DNA of 64,000 bases from Chiloscyllium plagiosum. Its lineage: Eukaryota. Below the pieces are notes generated by a model. That model worked only from the letters and a program-made list of their open reading frames with translations. It did no database searches and was not told the origin of the DNA. The stretch lies in the NCBI RefSeq assembly GCF_004010195.1, contig NC_057754.1, forward strand, positions 1,880,306 to 1,944,305, given 5' to 3'. A program made the position numbers and the translations under genes. Shown one piece after another: positions 60,511 to 64,000 of the stretch. Each line of letters starts with the position of its first letter. Within the stretch, counting starts at the first letter, position 1.

Positions 60511-63500
60511 CCTAATGCCTAAGCATCCACAGCTCTCAGAAGTAGAGGATTTCAAAAATTCGCACCATTTTAGAATGAAGAAATTTTCCTTCCTCTCAGT
60601 CCCTAATAACAATCTATTTTCTCAGAATCTGTGGCCCTTGATTCTAAACTGTCCAGAAAGGAGAAACAACATCTCCCCTTTGGGATTAGTGCTTTCTTTG
60701 AAAAGCCCACACACATTTTGAGATGACTAAATTGCTGGCTGACTTAAGCAATTTATTTTTAAAGGAAGCCTTTTCACTCATGTACTTCATCAATGCAACA
60801 ACCAGTCAATAGTACTGCAGCAGTCATTGAAGAGGTGATTGTATTAATTTATTCTGGATTATGTTTGCAATTCATTAATCTTTTTAAAAACCAAAGGTTC
60901 ACGTTGGTCAGTGTTTTTGTGATTTAGAGATTAAGCACTTAAGGTGATCGATCTGCGAAACCTTACTGGGTTTTTCCTGGCTGCTCATTTTTTCAATGTA
61001 TCACCCTCCAATTTTTACCTCATTGGAGGTACAGTTCCTCAGATGCCAGGAGTTGGGCAGCATCTTACCCAAATATCTATTCTTAGTGTTTAAGTGTAGA
61101 ACATGCATGGTGATGTGTTTAGGTTGTTGCAGCATGGCCATGTTTCTACATTGTTCCCTGCTGCTTTACACTCCGGGAAGACGGGCCTTACATTCTGCTC
61201 TTCAGGTTGTCCTAAATGTTCCTTCCAGTCAACAAAGCACTTTTTGAAATGTAGTCACTTCTGTACTCCAGGAAACGGAGTGGCTGATATTCACAGTTAC
61301 CTTTAGAAAAAAAACCAAAGAAATAAATGGGCAGACAATTTGTTTTAGTGGTAATGTTTGACTAGGAGTTATTGGCCCCACTGTAATGAGGAATCAGAAG
61401 CAAGTCACCCAGCAGATTTTTCTTTTTCCTTTCCAATATCTGCTCTGTAGTATTCTATGTTCAGTACCAGTACCCAAGTCAAAGAAACACACACATACAG
61501 AATGCTCTCTACAAACAATGAACTGTAGGTGGGAGCTGGTAAACATGAATTTACCTAATATTAAATTGAAAACCCAAAGTGCTTGCCCTGCAAGTTATTG
61601 TGCTTTGAGCTTTCAGAGTCATGACTACAGACACAAGACTTGGTGATTAATCAACCTAGGTGCCTAACTTGTTTTTCGCTTGAACTGTTGGACATGGAGT
61701 CGAAAGAAACATTTGCTACTGTAAATTTACTCGTGTGAGTGCATTTGTTTCTGCTGGTCAAGCAGCATCATTCATGTTAATCTGAGAAGTTTGTAACCAG
61801 ACTGTCTTGAGGAGGAAGCCTTTGGATATATATGGGAACTTAATAACATGGGGGGAATGTAAAGTTTTGTACTAAATGCTATTCCCATCTGGCATCATGG
61901 AGTCTGTATTTTAGATATTGCTGCTGTTGTTTGCATATAATATATGTATGTATTATCTAGACCAGAAGTTTCCTTAGCCAGTCTTTGGGAATTTATTTCA
62001 CCATCAGTGATGTCCCAAGTCCCAAATCTAACATATGCTATAGGAGCAGAATTAGGCCAATTGGCCCACTGAGTCTGCTCTGCTATTCAGTCATGGCTGA
62101 TATGTTTCTCAGCCCCATTCTTCTACCTTCTCCCCGTCTGTCTTAAATACACTGAACGACTTGGCCTCCCCAACCCTCTGTGACAGATGTGCTGATTTGT
62201 GATTTGGACACATTTGGCTTTCCTTACAGCCTGAAGAGCAAATGAAGAAAATTTCTCAAGCTGCCTGAGCTCCTTGCAATAATACTTCTGATGCAACTCC
62301 CAAGATCTGTACAAAAACAAACTGGGGTGACTCTAATAGAATTCAGTTAACAGTATTGTACAATTATCTCATATTGTGCAAATTACAAATATTATTGCGG
62401 CAGAGTACTAATAACTGGCTTATTTTATCATATTCCCTTGAAGTTTAGTGTTGGTTTGAGTAAGCCAGTGTTTTTACTTTGAGTCTTTTAATTTAAATAA
62501 GATTTGAATTTTACATGTAAGTGAACAAACTGCATATTTACTGCAAGGCTGCACAGACCTCATTACAATTTGCTTTCTGCTGATTGTTTTTCCACTCTCT
62601 ATATTATAAAGAAACTCTCTTTTTAATCCTTGTCTACTGATCGTATTCAGCTTTAAATTGAATACCCTGTGGTATCGATCCTTTGTGCTGTGCTGAGATC
62701 CACCTTAAGAAATCGAGTTGACCCTTTAGGCTTTGAACCTTCACACTGAACAGCAAGTGATTGAATTAAATGCACAGTCCTGATATTTTAAAAAAAAGAT
62801 AGTGTGTACCTAATGAGCAGCATTCGCCTCTATTTGATCCCGAACTGCTATAGATACTGCCCTGTTAGTTTAAAGACTGAAAAGAGGATTATTATATGTG
62901 AGAGAAGACTGGATTGGTGATTATGATAAGACTTCGGAGTATCCTAGGCTGTTATCAGTAGCAAAGAAGTATCAAGGGTAGCAAACACAGAATCCCAGCA
63001 CAGTCTTTTTAGGAGGAGATTTTGGAAGTTTTTTTTAATCTTTTGAGTGCTGTACTTAAAAATTTGTTTCAAACTGTTTCTGTTTCTGAAGGTGCCCTCT
63101 AAATGTCATCAAATTCAACTTCTCATGGAATGTTCAGTAAGTGCACCAATTTTATTTGGCCAGTTTCTAATTATATCCATTTTCTCTGGCTACAAGGTGA
63201 AGTAGGCTCAATGCTGGTCTTCAAAAACCACAAAAAAAGCAGTAGCTTGTACATGTATCATTGCAAACATCTCCAGGTGTTTATACAAAGCAAGATGAAT
63301 GTCTCCTCTGCTGCACGTAAGAGTCTAAATGAAATTACATGTTAACCAGTTCATCGTGGACATGGACTTACAGCATTAAACCCACCTTAATTTAACACAA
63401 AGTTAGCACATTCACTGAGAACGTGAGAGAAAAATGTGTAGTACATTGGTCTTTGTTATGCTTAATGGACATCAAAACTAAGATATGTTATTGAAACAAT

Positions 63501-63517
63501 ATCAGTAAAGATTCAAT

Positions 63518-63700
63518 CTGTATCTAACTCTGTGCTGTACCTGTCATGGAAGTGTTTGATAGGAACAGTGTAGAGGAAGCTTCACTCTGTATCTAACCTT
63601 GTGTGGTACCTGTCCTGCGAGTATTCAATGGGGACTGTGTAGAGGAAGCTTTACTGTATATCTACCTCTGCGATGTGCCCACTCTGGGATATGTTGATAC
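63518..63700. repeat. 69-bp tandem repeat, ~2.7 diverged copies
   Basis: ctgtatctaac...gtacctgtc...gtgtagaggaagctt period (63518, 63587, 63656). Confidence 0.85.
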
Positions 63701-64000
63701 TGACTTAAATAGAATATTCATCAATCCAACAGTACCATCCTTGATGAGCATACAAAACAAATGTTATAATGATACTTCTTTTGTAATTTTGGCAGTACAA
63801 TGGTTAAACAAAATAACCAAGCTAGCAGGGTAAAGAAAAATGTAGGTTACTGCTGTCTAGAGAGTAGTTTATTGTAACCTAAATATAGGTTTGTGCTTGT
63901 GAGAGGTTGAAATTGGAATTCCTTTTTCTTTTTTCATATTTCATTCATTATCCGGCATTATAATTTATTTCTCTTCCTTCTGTGGGTCTCTCTGGGGCCC

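Overview
Vertebrate (cartilaginous fish, shark-like; inferred from HE1/V-SINE, CR1 and Penelope repeat content) AT-rich intronic DNA, not prokaryotic. The only host-gene coding sequence I can support is a 30-nt micro-exon at 1637-1666 (+) encoding (A)NSSLMGGGG, the glycine-rich loop of a MacroD-type macrodomain (MACROD2 or MACROD1). The rest of the window appears to be the following very large intron. It is filled with decayed CR1, L2/CR1-like and Rex1-like LINEs, Penelope-like elements (GIY-YIG), Gypsy LTR remnants, several SINE families, two minisatellites and TE-free blocks that look like conserved non-coding elements. Most notable is a recurring minimal hammerhead-ribozyme motif (CTGANGA-A-stem II-GAAA-palindrome) with covarying stems, found in more than 10 Penelope-type terminal repeats. 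Several of these are ORF-less 110-220 bp elements, most of them hairpins, flanked by 12-16 bp target-site duplications. There is also a near-perfect 307-bp inverted duplication. Repeat boundaries were read by eye and are approximate; family names come from recalled consensus motifs, not database searches.
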